A stretch of DNA of 64,000 nt, taken from a virus. The stretch is taken from the IMG/VR virus record IMGVR_UViG_3300032782_000001, positions 244,404 through 308,403 of that record; one strand, given 5' to 3'. The notes under the pieces are model-generated. The model made no database searches, was not told where the DNA came from, and saw nothing but the letters and a program-made list of their open reading frames with translations. The first letter of the stretch is position 1. Each line of letters opens with the position of its first letter. A program made the translations under genes and the position numbers. This document shows positions 27,874 to 37,611 of the stretch, in pieces.

Positions 27874-30800
27874 TTAAGCGCTGATGCGGATCTGAAGGGT
27901 GCTTACAACGTATTCCAGCGGGAACACCGGTACGTAGATCGAATTGGTCCGCATGATGGTCGGATCGCTGTCATCCACGGCTGCGGAGATACCCGAAACC
28001 TTGGCGACAATCTGGCTATCGATCAAACGTCCGAACATTGCAGTCAACGCACGTTCCGTCGTCTTAATTAGGGTGCCCGTGAACTTCTGCCCGATGAACG
28101 GATCAAGAGTCGTTCGGACGCTCTGTTGCACGAATTGAATCGTGAGGGTAACAGACGGCGTACGGGTAATGACCGTGTCAGTCCGGGTCGTCAAACCGTG
28201 GCGGACACGAAGTCCGGAGTCCACAAGCTCGATAACCGAGACTCCAGAGACCGCCACTTGATTGGCTTCCGTGGGGTCAAGAAGCCTTCCCGGGCGAACA
28301 AACCCGAGAACAGGGCGTCGAGTCCAAGGAGAAGCCACGTCAATAGACGGAGTGCAAGTCGTCGCAGCCAGAGAAGCCGCAACGTAGGACCCGTCCACGA
28401 GTTGGTTTGAGATGTTGCCGAGGCTATCTTGAACTCCGATGAGGTAGGAGTCTGGATAGACCACCACCATGAGTTCGCTGGCCAGTCCTTGCGCAATAGC
28501 CTGAGCAGCCAACGGATTAGTACCCGCTGCCACTCCAACCACGCCCATCCGCTCTCCCTCTTGACGCGGAGAGCTCATCACAACGCAGTGCTGGTTCAGG
28601 TAGGCGAAAATCGCCGGATCCGTGCCCAGCGGCGTAATGATGTCAGGCTTGACATTGCCTTGAATTGGCTTGCGAAGCTCGTCGATCGCGGCCGTGAAAG
28701 ATCCGACGGAGGCTTGAGAGGTCCCAGGGACCTTCAAAACCTGCTTCAAACCCACGAGGACAGCTCCATTGAGCAATGCGAGACGAGCTCCAAGCGAGAG
28801 GGGGAACTCCGGAGTAGGAGGCCCGAACGCTGCTTGAATCGATTTCGCATCCCGGTAGAGCGCCGCTGAAAGATCGGTCTTCGCGAAGTTGTACGACACG
28901 TAATAAATGTCGCCGATCTGAGGCTCGTTGCCGCTCCTACCAAAGGTCTGCACGATTCCAGTCGTATCAATACCCATGTTCAAGGTATTGAACACCGTAG
29001 TTTCGAGACCCGGGATGGAGCGGTATGGAATGGAAGCGTCGGCCGTGAAGGTAGAATTCACGATGAGCGTGAACGTTCCACCGTTCGCGTAATCTCCCGC
29101 GGACGCAGGGAGAACAGTGAACCTGAGGCCCGTGATAGCATCCGTATAGGTCTGACCGGGGAATCCGACGCCAAACGAACCATTAGGATTCGTCGAAGTA
29201 ACCGTGTAACCTGCACGTGCAGCTTCACCAGCATCTCCGGAAGCACCAGGAACGATCCCGATACCCGTATCCGTTACGAAGATCGTGTTGGCGACCGACG
29301 TGAAGGACAGAAGACTGCCCGTACCGGCGGTCCTTGAGTTAATCTCGAGGTACCCACCAATTCCCGCCGACGTAATGCGGTAAGCCACAGCCAAAGCATT
29401 GAAGCTGCCGTTGGCGTTCAGAGCTCCCGCAATATCGGAGGCAAATGGCTGATGACGGAAAGTCGCATTTCCAGAGGTGAACCCGAGAATGGTGTTCGCG
29501 GAACCCTGGTTGATTCGAACAAGAGAAGTGACCGTATTGGTCCTTGAGACCATGACCACTTCACCAGCGTTGATGCCGAGGCCTTCCTGAGCCACAAGCT
29601 CCGCAAGAACCGACGTGACAATGTTCACAGTGTCGTTGACAACGTGAACGCCAGCTTGCGTCCTGTGCGAGTTATACTTGCTCTTGAGCTCCTCCGCCAA
29701 AATGAGTGCCGAGCGGAGGTCCGTCGCATCCGGCGCTGCTACAACGTTGACCGTATCGGTCATGGGGTGATATGCACCGCCAACGTTAGTCCGGTGGTTG
29801 TTGTAATCACCCTTCGCCTCGTTCAGAAGGGTGATGGAGCTTGCCAGATCCGTCGCATTGGGCGAAGTAATCCCGTTCGCAACGTCTGCCACCGTATGGA
29901 AAACGGCTGATGCGATGTGCGTGTTATACTCGGACTTAATATTGTTGGCGAGTACGACCAGCGCTGCAGTTTGAGTTGCCTGATCTGCTGCTGGTGCGTT
30001 TGCCGAGTATCCGGCGTTGATGTACGCAACAACATCTTCGATGGAGACTGAAACGCCAGCCGGCAAAATGGCGACGTAATCAGTACCATCAATCGTGAAT
30101 TGGAAGTTGTCGTTTACCGCCGCGGTGATAGCGAACGGTGCCGTCTTCGTTCCAACTTGGATCGCCGGCTGATTGATAGCGTTGTAAGAACCCGTCGATT
30201 CTTGATTCGGAGTGAAACCCAGTGCCGGAGCGGCATCCGTCTGTCCAGGCGCCGTGGGAGAAAGAACCTTGACGTTAGACTTGAGTCCGTTAGTCGCCGA
30301 GAGTACGTTGCGTCCAACGACCTTAAGAATCGACTGAACGCCGTAGGTAACCACCGACGCGAGATTGTTCGGCGCCGTCGAAGCGAAAGTACCGGAACCA
30401 TCTGGATGCACTTGCACATCCGCATCGATCGCCGTGTTGATGTCCGTTGCAACCTGCGCAAGCGTGGTAGCTGCAGAAACATCAATCGGCGCAATGTTGA
30501 CACCATCCACTTGGATCACAAGGTGATCCGTAGCTTGGAAGACCAACGCGCCGGGGTTACTGATGGGTTGCGAGAGAAGCTGCGCCACATAGGCCAGCGA
30601 AAGATCCACGGTGAATGCGGGGTTACCGTCAACCACCACACCACCGAAGTTTTTCGTGGCGAGATAGACGTCGTACGGCTCGGCCCCGGCATTCGAGAAA
30701 GAAGCGTGAGTGGCCGGCTCCAACGCATTGCTGAAAGCAATGGTGACCGTTTCAGATACGGGATTCCCACCGAAGTGGATGGCGTCAGTGACGTTCTCCA

Positions 30801-32547
30801 CTCCCGACGGCCATTGAACCGTCTGAGGAAGCGCGCTCTTGGTCCCGAATCGGACCCCGTAGAGAGGCCCATTGTTGTTCACAGCTGAAGAGATCGTGAA
30901 TTGACCAATCCCACTCGGACCAGGAGTAACTACCTTCAAAGTGAAGGTGTCGTCTCCCAATCGGTTATACCAGAACGTAGCAAACGCCAGGTAATCCGCA
31001 GGAACGGGGTCGCGAAGCGTGAAGGTATTCGTGGAGGAGTCCACTTCGAGCACAGTCACGGCGGGGCGAGAAACCGCGTCCCTAAAATTCTTGCCGACGT
31101 AGACAGTGACAAGATCCGGACGATTGGTCGGAAGGTCGATACGACCGTTCGTGATCGTCTGATAAAGATCAATTCCGAGTGGCGTGTCACGACCGTTACC
31201 GGTCGTGGGCGTCAAAGGCATGACGAACTTGGTCGTAGAAACGGTATCCGTTACCGTATCTGTGAACCTGTCACACTCCACACCGAAAATTCGATCATCC
31301 ACCAGCAGACCGACGATCTGAGTCCCATCGAAGCTGGATACTCCAGTCTTCACTCCAGCCGTCACCTGGAACGCAGTTCCCCATTGGATCATCGACTGGT
31401 CGGCATCGTTGACAACAACGAAATCCGGACCATTGAGATAATCGCGGCGCCCCGGAGCAATGCCAACATTGCCCATCGTGACGATGTTGTTGTTGGGCAG
31501 ATAGTCGAAAGTATCTTGGAACGTGTTGAAGTAATACTGAATGGTGATCTTTGATCCGTCTTTCGGAGCGAAAGGAAGGGTAACGAGGCGATTGGCACCA
31601 TCCACGGACGTGGCGATCACTTGAAGGTTGTCGACCAGTACGACAACCTTAGAAGTGTCCGTCGTCGTGATACCTCCATCGGAACCATCAACGATAGGTC
31701 CATTGAAGACACGGAACGTCTTGTTGCGATTCGTGTAATCTCCAGGGTTGAACCCGAGAGCTCCATTCCCAGTTCCGGAACCAATAAGTACGTTGCCAGT
31801 AGCAACGAGCTGAACGTGATTCAAACCCTGAGCGTCTACGTGAACAGATGCCTGGAGTCCCGTGATCCCCGCGGCGTTCACATCGTTCGCGATGTCAGTC
31901 GCGGTGCGCGTACCCGCCGTCAGTTTGATAACACCTTGCAAGACATCGTTGACGGTCACATTGAGTTTGTCATTGACATTCAACGTGATGGTGTAAGTCT
32001 CCGCCTTCGGAGCAACGAGTACGGCTACACCTTTCGTGATCTGAGCCGAAAGATTATCCGTGATCCGCGTGTCTTTGCGGTGGAAATTGTAGCTGACAAG
32101 GACAACATCGGTCGCTTGAGGCGGCACCAGAAGGCTTACGAGACCGTTGGTACCATCGACCGCAGACACGACAGCTTGATCACCGTTTACGGTGACCGAA
32201 ACCTTAGTCGTATCGAAAGTCGTCTTGCCAATGCCCGAACCATCTACAATTGGGTAATTACGGACCCTGAATTGAGATCGGGTTCCGTCCTGTTGACCCA
32301 AAGTAGGATTTTGGGGGGTCCCACTCAAGACCCACCGACCCGTAGCGTCTTCGTTGAAGATCGGCGTGTCAGCAACGCTGCTGGACCCGCGGATGATCTC
32401 GAAGTCGGTCTGGGTGAGAGTCTCCTGCCCGGTACCAATCAGAACGGGGACCCTCAGTCCACCGAGGAGCTGTCCAAGGACGGGCTCGGTGATGGTCTGC
32501 GTGTAGACGCCGGGAGGCGCGTAGGTCGTGAACGGTCCGATGCCCAT
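27874..32547 (-). CDS. Giant virion structural protein with repeated beta-sandwich (Ig-like) domains (1557 aa)
   Basis: Internal repeats (SQFRVRNYPIVDGSGIGKTTFDTTKVSVTVNGDQAVVSAVDGTNGLVSL / KTFRVFNGPIVDGSDGGITTTDTSKVVVLVDNLQVIATSVDGANRLVTL). Thr/Val/Gly-rich. The domain is shared with ORFs 33562-34770 and 37612-38943. Confidence 0.65.
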   Translation of the reverse strand: MGIGPFTTYAPPGVYTQTITEPVLGQLLGGLRVPVLIGTGQETLTQTDFEIIRGSSSVADTPIFNEDATGRWVLSGTPQNPTLGQQDGTRSQFRVRNYPIVDGSGIGKTTFDTTKVSVTVNGDQAVVSAVDGTNGLVSLLVPPQATDVVLVSYNFHRKDTRITDNLSAQITKGVAVLVAPKAETYTITLNVNDKLNVTVNDVLQGVIKLTAGTRTATDIANDVNAAGITGLQASVHVDAQGLNHVQLVATGNVLIGSGTGNGALGFNPGDYTNRNKTFRVFNGPIVDGSDGGITTTDTSKVVVLVDNLQVIATSVDGANRLVTLPFAPKDGSKITIQYYFNTFQDTFDYLPNNNIVTMGNVGIAPGRRDYLNGPDFVVVNDADQSMIQWGTAFQVTAGVKTGVSSFDGTQIVGLLVDDRIFGVECDRFTDTVTDTVSTTKFVMPLTPTTGNGRDTPLGIDLYQTITNGRIDLPTNRPDLVTVYVGKNFRDAVSRPAVTVLEVDSSTNTFTLRDPVPADYLAFATFWYNRLGDDTFTLKVVTPGPSGIGQFTISSAVNNNGPLYGVRFGTKSALPQTVQWPSGVENVTDAIHFGGNPVSETVTIAFSNALEPATHASFSNAGAEPYDVYLATKNFGGVVVDGNPAFTVDLSLAYVAQLLSQPISNPGALVFQATDHLVIQVDGVNIAPIDVSAATTLAQVATDINTAIDADVQVHPDGSGTFASTAPNNLASVVTYGVQSILKVVGRNVLSATNGLKSNVKVLSPTAPGQTDAAPALGFTPNQESTGSYNAINQPAIQVGTKTAPFAITAAVNDNFQFTIDGTDYVAILPAGVSVSIEDVVAYINAGYSANAPAADQATQTAALVVLANNIKSEYNTHIASAVFHTVADVANGITSPNATDLASSITLLNEAKGDYNNHRTNVGGAYHPMTDTVNVVAAPDATDLRSALILAEELKSKYNSHRTQAGVHVVNDTVNIVTSVLAELVAQEGLGINAGEVVMVSRTNTVTSLVRINQGSANTILGFTSGNATFRHQPFASDIAGALNANGSFNALAVAYRITSAGIGGYLEINSRTAGTGSLLSFTSVANTIFVTDTGIGIVPGASGDAGEAARAGYTVTSTNPNGSFGVGFPGQTYTDAITGLRFTVLPASAGDYANGGTFTLIVNSTFTADASIPYRSIPGLETTVFNTLNMGIDTTGIVQTFGRSGNEPQIGDIYYVSYNFAKTDLSAALYRDAKSIQAAFGPPTPEFPLSLGARLALLNGAVLVGLKQVLKVPGTSQASVGSFTAAIDELRKPIQGNVKPDIITPLGTDPAIFAYLNQHCVVMSSPRQEGERMGVVGVAAGTNPLAAQAIAQGLASELMVVVYPDSYLIGVQDSLGNISNQLVDGSYVAASLAATTCTPSIDVASPWTRRPVLGFVRPGRLLDPTEANQVAVSGVSVIELVDSGLRVRHGLTTRTDTVITRTPSVTLTIQFVQQSVRTTLDPFIGQKFTGTLIKTTERALTAMFGRLIDSQIVAKVSGISAAVDDSDPTIMRTNSIYVPVFPLEYVVSTLQIRISA

Positions 32548-32738
32548 CTTGACTCCTATGGTCCAAGCAGAAGTCTAAATATGTGTTTGCGACCCCTAGG
32601 GGTAGAATCCGCAGTCTCTGTATACGTATGAGTCTGAATTTTGGGCTCTGTCTGCTGGAAACCATAGGGAGCCTATGCGAGATGTAAAACTGGATCCCAT
32701 TCTTTCTAGAATTGGGATTTAAAGAAAGGCGATAGAAA

Positions 32739-33104
32739 GTGAATACTTCCGAAACCAATCCGAACGATGGTGGCGCGTTGACCGAAGTTGACTACAACAC
32801 TTTCACCAAAGTTGACATGCGCGTCGGCACCGTGAAATCGGCAGTCAGAGTCCCTGATACCGACAAGCTCATTTGTATGCAAGTGAGCTTCGGTAGCTTT
32901 GATCGTCAAATTGTGGCTGGAATCGGCAAAGTTTTCACGCCAGAAAGTCTCTCTGGGCGTCAGTTCATCTTTGTCGTGAATTTGGCTCCTCGGAAACTTC
33001 GAGGAGTGGAATCCCACGGGATGATGCTTGCTGCGAGTGACAAAGATAAACTCGCGCTTATTGTGCCAGACAGTAATGCTACGGACGGAGCCTCGGTAGG
33101 CTAG
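32739..33104 (+). CDS. Stand-alone tRNA-binding OB-fold protein (CsaA/Trbp111/EMAP-II-like Myf domain)
   Basis: FTKVDMRVGTVKSAV...DKLICMQVSFGSFDRQIVAGIGKVFTPESLSGRQFIFVVNLAPRKLRGVESHGMMLAA follows the tRNA-binding-domain consensus (fxkvDlRVGkI...dkLyv..VD.G...rqIvSG......L.Gk.vvvv.NLkP.klRGv.S.GMlL). Confidence 0.6.
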   Translation: MNTSETNPNDGGALTEVDYNTFTKVDMRVGTVKSAVRVPDTDKLICMQVSFGSFDRQIVAGIGKVFTPESLSGRQFIFVVNLAPRKLRGVESHGMMLAASDKDKLALIVPDSNATDGASVG

Positions 33105-33541
33105 CGAGGACGCTTAGCCCAAGTCTTTAGGCCCGTTTCCCGGGCCTTCATGACTCCCGGATCCGCAGGACCCGTAGTTCCACCGGCAGTAGAAATCACA
33201 TTCGTGCCTGCCTTCTTGCGAATCTCATCACGGGCTTTCTTCCGTTTCCCATATTCGACCCATTTCTTCTCAGCAGATCGACCAATAGCTTTATCCAACG
33301 TTGGATAATCAAGGTCATGAGAGCCAGACTGACCGTGAACCCCACTGCCTTGAGTCTGACCAGAAGGACCTTTGAAAGAAAAATTGGTAAGGGAGATCTC
33401 TACTCGCTTGGCCATGGTCCGGCATTTTGGACATGGATGCTGCTTCGAAAATTGTTTGACATCATCCGGGTCCAAAAGAATCTCTTCAAAAAGAGATTCA
33501 CATGGCTCACAATGGTATTCAAACGTCGGCATAGAAAACAT
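33101..33541 (-). CDS. FmdB-family zinc-ribbon protein (146 aa)
   Basis: N-terminal MPTFEYHCEPCESLFEE...HPCPKCRT matches the FmdB CxxC-x(n)-CPxC ribbon. Confidence 0.45.
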   Translation of the reverse strand: MFSMPTFEYHCEPCESLFEEILLDPDDVKQFSKQHPCPKCRTMAKRVEISLTNFSFKGPSGQTQGSGVHGQSGSHDLDYPTLDKAIGRSAEKKWVEYGKRKKARDEIRKKAGTNVISTAGGTTGPADPGVMKARETGLKTWAKRPR

Positions 33542-33561
33542 TACCAGAATGTTGAAATCAA

Positions 33562-34770
33562 TTATCGAATACGGGCATACCCAATCTTGTTACCAATAAC
33601 TGTTGAAACTCCTGCCATATCCACAGGAGTCCCTGTCTTGAGAAGATCGGAGAGAACTGTTCCGTCCAAATACCCGGCTTGTTGCTCTTCCGTTTGAGAA
33701 GTCGTTTCGACTCGGAAAATTTCAATCGGAAGCGCGATGCGAGTTTCCCAATCCACACGCATAGATAGAGCTACGGAACTCTCGTAATAATATGCATCCT
33801 CATCTTGATTGTAAACCTCTTCGTTTTCTCCGCCAGGAGAAATATCAAGGAGTTCAAGACCTTCAAATCCGAGTTTATTCTGCCTTTCAAGAATTTTCGC
33901 TATCATATAATCAGAAAGCTTCTCACGATCTTCAGAATCACGTGAGAAGACCACGAGTTCGAAATGAATTTCGAACTTTCCGCCAAAGATTTCGGCGACC
34001 TCAGTGCGATCTGCAGTAATCGCGATGGCCATTTGATCGCCGTTTTGAGCTCTGTCGCCAAATGCTAAAACTACGCCTGGAATTGCAGTCTCGTTAGATT
34101 CCTCGAGGAAGAATGGGAAGGGACCCTGTTCCCCCGTCTCATATCGATAATCTGCGTAAATAGTTAACCCAGTAGGAGGATTTTTGAGAAAAGTGATGGC
34201 TCCCGTGGCGTCATCAACATGGTAGTCTACATTAACGAGGAGAGGATGAGTACCTTCTAGCCAGAGTCTTACAGAGCCAGGGTATATATTCTCTCGCGAC
34301 AATTGAGACTCTATGTCACCGGGACCCGAAAACACAATCAGTGGTTCATCAGTCACGGTAAGGATCGGCCTTACCGTGAATTGACCCGGGACGCTCCGAG
34401 CTTCATTCGGGACTTGACATACTTTTATGATGTAAACGCCAGGAGGACTGGGAAAAATATCCCGCTTTTTGGAATACTGTTCTAAAAGAGCATAATTCTC
34501 TCGAATCCATTCCAAAGTAGTATTTGGGAAATTCTGAACAGGAGCCAGCATGCAAAAAGAACTATCCCGACCCATATAGTTGTCGGCTGACAGTCTTACG
34601 CGATCACCAGATGTGGCATTAACGAAAATGCCACGTTGCGGGCGTGACTCGAATGAATATTTATTGTAGACGTTTTCGGAATCCCCGCGATAACGGGGAT
34701 GCTCATAAAGGATTTTCCGGAGTTCCCGGATAATCCTCTTCTTCGTCGGATTCGTGATCCAGGTGATCAC
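33562..34770 (-). CDS. Structural protein paralog carrying the repeated beta-sandwich domain (402 aa)
   Basis: VRLWLEGTHPLLVNVDYHVDDATGAITFLKNPPTGLTIYADYRYE resembles the repeat unit of the 1557-aa protein. Confidence 0.5.
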   Translation of the reverse strand: MITWITNPTKKRIIRELRKILYEHPRYRGDSENVYNKYSFESRPQRGIFVNATSGDRVRLSADNYMGRDSSFCMLAPVQNFPNTTLEWIRENYALLEQYSKKRDIFPSPPGVYIIKVCQVPNEARSVPGQFTVRPILTVTDEPLIVFSGPGDIESQLSRENIYPGSVRLWLEGTHPLLVNVDYHVDDATGAITFLKNPPTGLTIYADYRYETGEQGPFPFFLEESNETAIPGVVLAFGDRAQNGDQMAIAITADRTEVAEIFGGKFEIHFELVVFSRDSEDREKLSDYMIAKILERQNKLGFEGLELLDISPGGENEEVYNQDEDAYYYESSVALSMRVDWETRIALPIEIFRVETTSQTEEQQAGYLDGTVLSDLLKTGTPVDMAGVSTVIGNKIGYARIR

Positions 34771-34804
34771 GGCCGGTCCTTCCAGTCACGGTTAGACTCG
34801 AAAG

Positions 34805-35137
34805 TCACGAACCGCGACGACTACGACGGGACTTCTTGGGCTCCATTCCCACGTCAGTCGAGCTGGATGACTCGCCAGACTCCATAGACGGAGCATCATC
34901 AGACGATGAATCATCAAGAGGAGCATCTCCTTCAGAAGGAGGATCCTCTACTTGAGGCTCTCCGTCAGGGACAACGGGCAAATCTTCCGGATCTGCATAC
35001 AACACCACATCCAATGAGTGCTGCGCGTTGTGGAGAACAACATCCTCCTCGGTCAGGACGATGTGAGGAACTTCGACTCCCTTATAGTTCGGCATTTGGC
35101 ACCTACCGATCGGTGAATCGGAAAAAAGGTCGCTCAC
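34805..35137 (-). CDS. Acidic hypothetical protein (110 aa)
   Basis: ORF track. Asp/Glu/Ser-rich C-terminus. Confidence 0.35.
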   Translation of the reverse strand: MSDLFSDSPIGRCQMPNYKGVEVPHIVLTEEDVVLHNAQHSLDVVLYADPEDLPVVPDGEPQVEDPPSEGDAPLDDSSSDDAPSMESGESSSSTDVGMEPKKSRRSRRGS

Positions 35138-36183
35138 TCTTCAGACTGACTCAGTAGCAAAAGTCCAGTCGCGACGGCCGTCATAGGGTCTTTAGCGGCC
35201 CTGATTTCTGAAATTTGGATGGGAAACTTAGCACGATGAATTTCAAACCGTTCTTTGAACTTATCAAGAAATCCGGAAGCCAAAGAAGTTCCTCCACTGA
35301 CTACGAGAGGTACAGGCTTCGGGACCAGAAGCTCTTGACGAGCTTTTGAAAATTGTTGGATGATGGTATCAATGGAATAGTCAATGAGCGCTTGAATAAA
35401 TAACGCAATGGCTTCACCTTCAAGAGAACTCGATTTTTTACTAATGTCAATCCCACTTTCTTTAATGGAACAAATTTTGGCGGCTGTCGTACTGACAGCT
35501 TTGGCAGCTCCGGAGTCTACCCAATCTCCTCCGCGTCCTACGGAAAATTCCAGAGCGCTCATAGCATTGTAACTAAGACAAACGTTAGTCATGCCGGAGC
35601 CATACGAAATGCCGAGACCTGAAAAATTCTCTTTGGAACATTCCGAGAACACGATGGCCTGAGCCTCATTGGCAGGTTCAGCAGTAAATCCAAGTTCTGT
35701 CAAAATCTTCTTGAGAATAGCAGAGTGGTAAGTAACATCTGAACCTTGCACGTCAACAGCTGGAGCTGGCACTGAATAGACACATTTTTCACCGGACTTA
35801 CGAGGAGCACCCAAAATTCTCTTGATCATCAGAGCGATGACTTTTTGCGCATCCACCTCACCGGGGGTGATCACACCACCAGACATTGGACGACGAGCTT
35901 CTCGATTAAATAAATTCGCCGTCTCTAAGGCTTCATCCCCAATGATCAAAAGTTTCCCATCAAGCTCGACATGACTCGTGCCTGACAGTTTCAACATTCG
36001 CATATTTCGGTTATCAAGAGGTAAATCGATGAAGGCATCCCTGATTCTAGTAGTTTTGACAGTCTTCCCATTTTGACGGGCAGACACAAAGTTCATAGTA
36101 CCGGCATCAAGTGACGCTCCTGCGACAGCGGTATCATCGATGTCGTCAAGGTCAACACTAAACTTGGTCTCATTCTTCGCCAT
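35134..36183 (-). CDS. Actin-like ATPase (ParM/MreB/Alp superfamily, 349 aa)
   Basis: Phosphate-1 SLDAGTMNF, phosphate-2 GLGISYGSGMTNVCL, adenosine motif LVVSGGTSLASGF, in the canonical order. Confidence 0.5.
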   Translation of the reverse strand: MAKNETKFSVDLDDIDDTAVAGASLDAGTMNFVSARQNGKTVKTTRIRDAFIDLPLDNRNMRMLKLSGTSHVELDGKLLIIGDEALETANLFNREARRPMSGGVITPGEVDAQKVIALMIKRILGAPRKSGEKCVYSVPAPAVDVQGSDVTYHSAILKKILTELGFTAEPANEAQAIVFSECSKENFSGLGISYGSGMTNVCLSYNAMSALEFSVGRGGDWVDSGAAKAVSTTAAKICSIKESGIDISKKSSSLEGEAIALFIQALIDYSIDTIIQQFSKARQELLVPKPVPLVVSGGTSLASGFLDKFKERFEIHRAKFPIQISEIRAAKDPMTAVATGLLLLSQSEE

Positions 36184-36228
36184 GGGAGTCTCCGTCTGGA
36201 TACGCGGTATAGGATACCATACCCAATA

Positions 36229-36741
36229 TCACTTTTGCCGGAGACGACGCAGGACCTTTTTGCTCGAATCCATATCTGACTTATCTACTTCACTTTCTCG
36301 AACCTTCATACGAATTTCTTGAGTAGTTGGCATAATCCGGTCGGGGATGAACATGGGGTCCGATGAACCGGAATCGATGGACGCAGAATAATCTGGAGTC
36401 GTTACCTTGGGTTGGATATTCATATGGCGTAAAAGTAATAGGATTTCTTTCTGGGATTGATTGATTTCATCCAATCTTCGGGAGAATTCTGTATTCTCCA
36501 CAGGATTCGAAGCAGATAGGGATTGGACTGGGGAATCTTTAATGAATGGCCAGATAGGCATCGGGCGGGATTCCGGAATGTTTTCCACTCGTACTAGTTT
36601 GACCATTTCTTTGAGATTTTTAGAAGCAGTTGCAGAATCAGCATTCACAACAGCTTGACTGCCTCGACCAGGAAGATGAACACCCAAATCTTCGATACTC
36701 AGATCAATAGAAGTTAGATTGGTTAAACGACAAAGTTTCAT
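36229..36741 (-). CDS. Hypothetical protein (170 aa)
   Basis: ORF track. Confidence 0.4.
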   Translation of the reverse strand: MKLCRLTNLTSIDLSIEDLGVHLPGRGSQAVVNADSATASKNLKEMVKLVRVENIPESRPMPIWPFIKDSPVQSLSASNPVENTEFSRRLDEINQSQKEILLLLRHMNIQPKVTTPDYSASIDSGSSDPMFIPDRIMPTTQEIRMKVRESEVDKSDMDSSKKVLRRLRQK

Positions 36742-37391
36742 TTTACGTACCTAGCCATGACTTTTTCCAATTCCGGGGAGAACTTTTCTTGAATGGTGTA
36801 AGTAAGCTTGTCCATGAATTGTGCAATTAATCCTTGTAATTTCCCTTTCGGGTAATGAATCTCTGAAGTTCCTTCTCTAAGACTCTTCCGGAACATGACA
36901 GAAAGTTTCCCTTCTCGGTTCACGTTCATGGACCTTGGCATGTGTTGAGCCATCTCATGACCGATAATTCTTTGTCCGGCCATACGACGTGCATCACGTG
37001 TTGGACGACGGGCGTCACGCGTTGGAGTCCTCCTATCGAAAGCCTCTTTCCGAGCATCTCTGGGACCTATTAGCCTCTGGACCCCATTGATACCTATCCC
37101 ATAAGTTCGAGCGGCTTCAGAAACGGCCCCGGGTTTAGCCGATTCCACCATTTCTTGAACTTGTTTATCGCGCATCTCCAATGCTGAAAAATTGATCAAA
37201 AGTTCAAATGTGATTTCATTACCATCTACGTGGGCCAATAAATCGTAGTCCTTCAAATATTCAGACCTTCCGAATCCGGCGGCATCAATTATTCCTTTGA
37301 AGACATGTAGACCATCCTTTGCGATCTCATCCGAGAGACCGTCAGTTGCCCTTTGCAAAGCAACGTGAAACTGAGTTGTGAAGTCATCCAT
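36738..37391 (-). CDS. Hypothetical protein (217 aa)
   Basis: ORF track. ATGA-type overlap with the downstream gene. Confidence 0.4.
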   Translation of the reverse strand: MDDFTTQFHVALQRATDGLSDEIAKDGLHVFKGIIDAAGFGRSEYLKDYDLLAHVDGNEITFELLINFSALEMRDKQVQEMVESAKPGAVSEAARTYGIGINGVQRLIGPRDARKEAFDRRTPTRDARRPTRDARRMAGQRIIGHEMAQHMPRSMNVNREGKLSVMFRKSLREGTSEIHYPKGKLQGLIAQFMDKLTYTIQEKFSPELEKVMARYVK

Positions 37392-37607
37392 TCAGCTCCC
37401 CATAACTTCATAGATGATTTCTTCTTCAGGAGATAACCACTGAAGACGTATATTCCAAAAAGGAACTGCCGGACGATTACCGCGTTTTCGTTTTTCTTTC
37501 CAACTGACGGGTACGCATTCTTGGACGACCCAAATCTGATCCCCTTGGATTCGAAAAACAGTCCCCGGTTCATGGTATCGGGTCGCGTCTCTCTGAACCA
37601 TGATCAT
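37392..37607 (-). CDS. Small protein ending EVMGS (possible divergent VMES-family member)
   Basis: Track ORF 37392-37709 overlaps the upstream gene. The internal MIM start at 37605-37607 lies just after the TAA at 37612. C-terminus is IIYEVMGS-stop. Confidence 0.35.
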   Translation of the reverse strand: MIMVQRDATRYHEPGTVFRIQGDQIWVVQECVPVSWKEKRKRGNRPAVPFWNIRLQWLSPEEEIIYEVMGS

Positions 37608-37611
37608 GAAA

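Noticed and set aside
28126-31554. Arg-rich plus-strand ORFs (94-262 aa) inside the 1557-aa gene, for example 30100-30888
   Set aside because: Antisense to a long gene that has internal domain repeats. The Arg/Ser-rich composition is the typical mirror image of a Thr/Val/Gly-rich sense strand.
32548-32738. A 190-bp divergent intergenic region, checked for a tRNA or small RNA
   Set aside because: No cloverleaf-compatible stems or conserved T-loop/D-loop boxes are visible. It is more likely divergent promoters for the 1557-aa gene and the tRNA-binding-protein gene.
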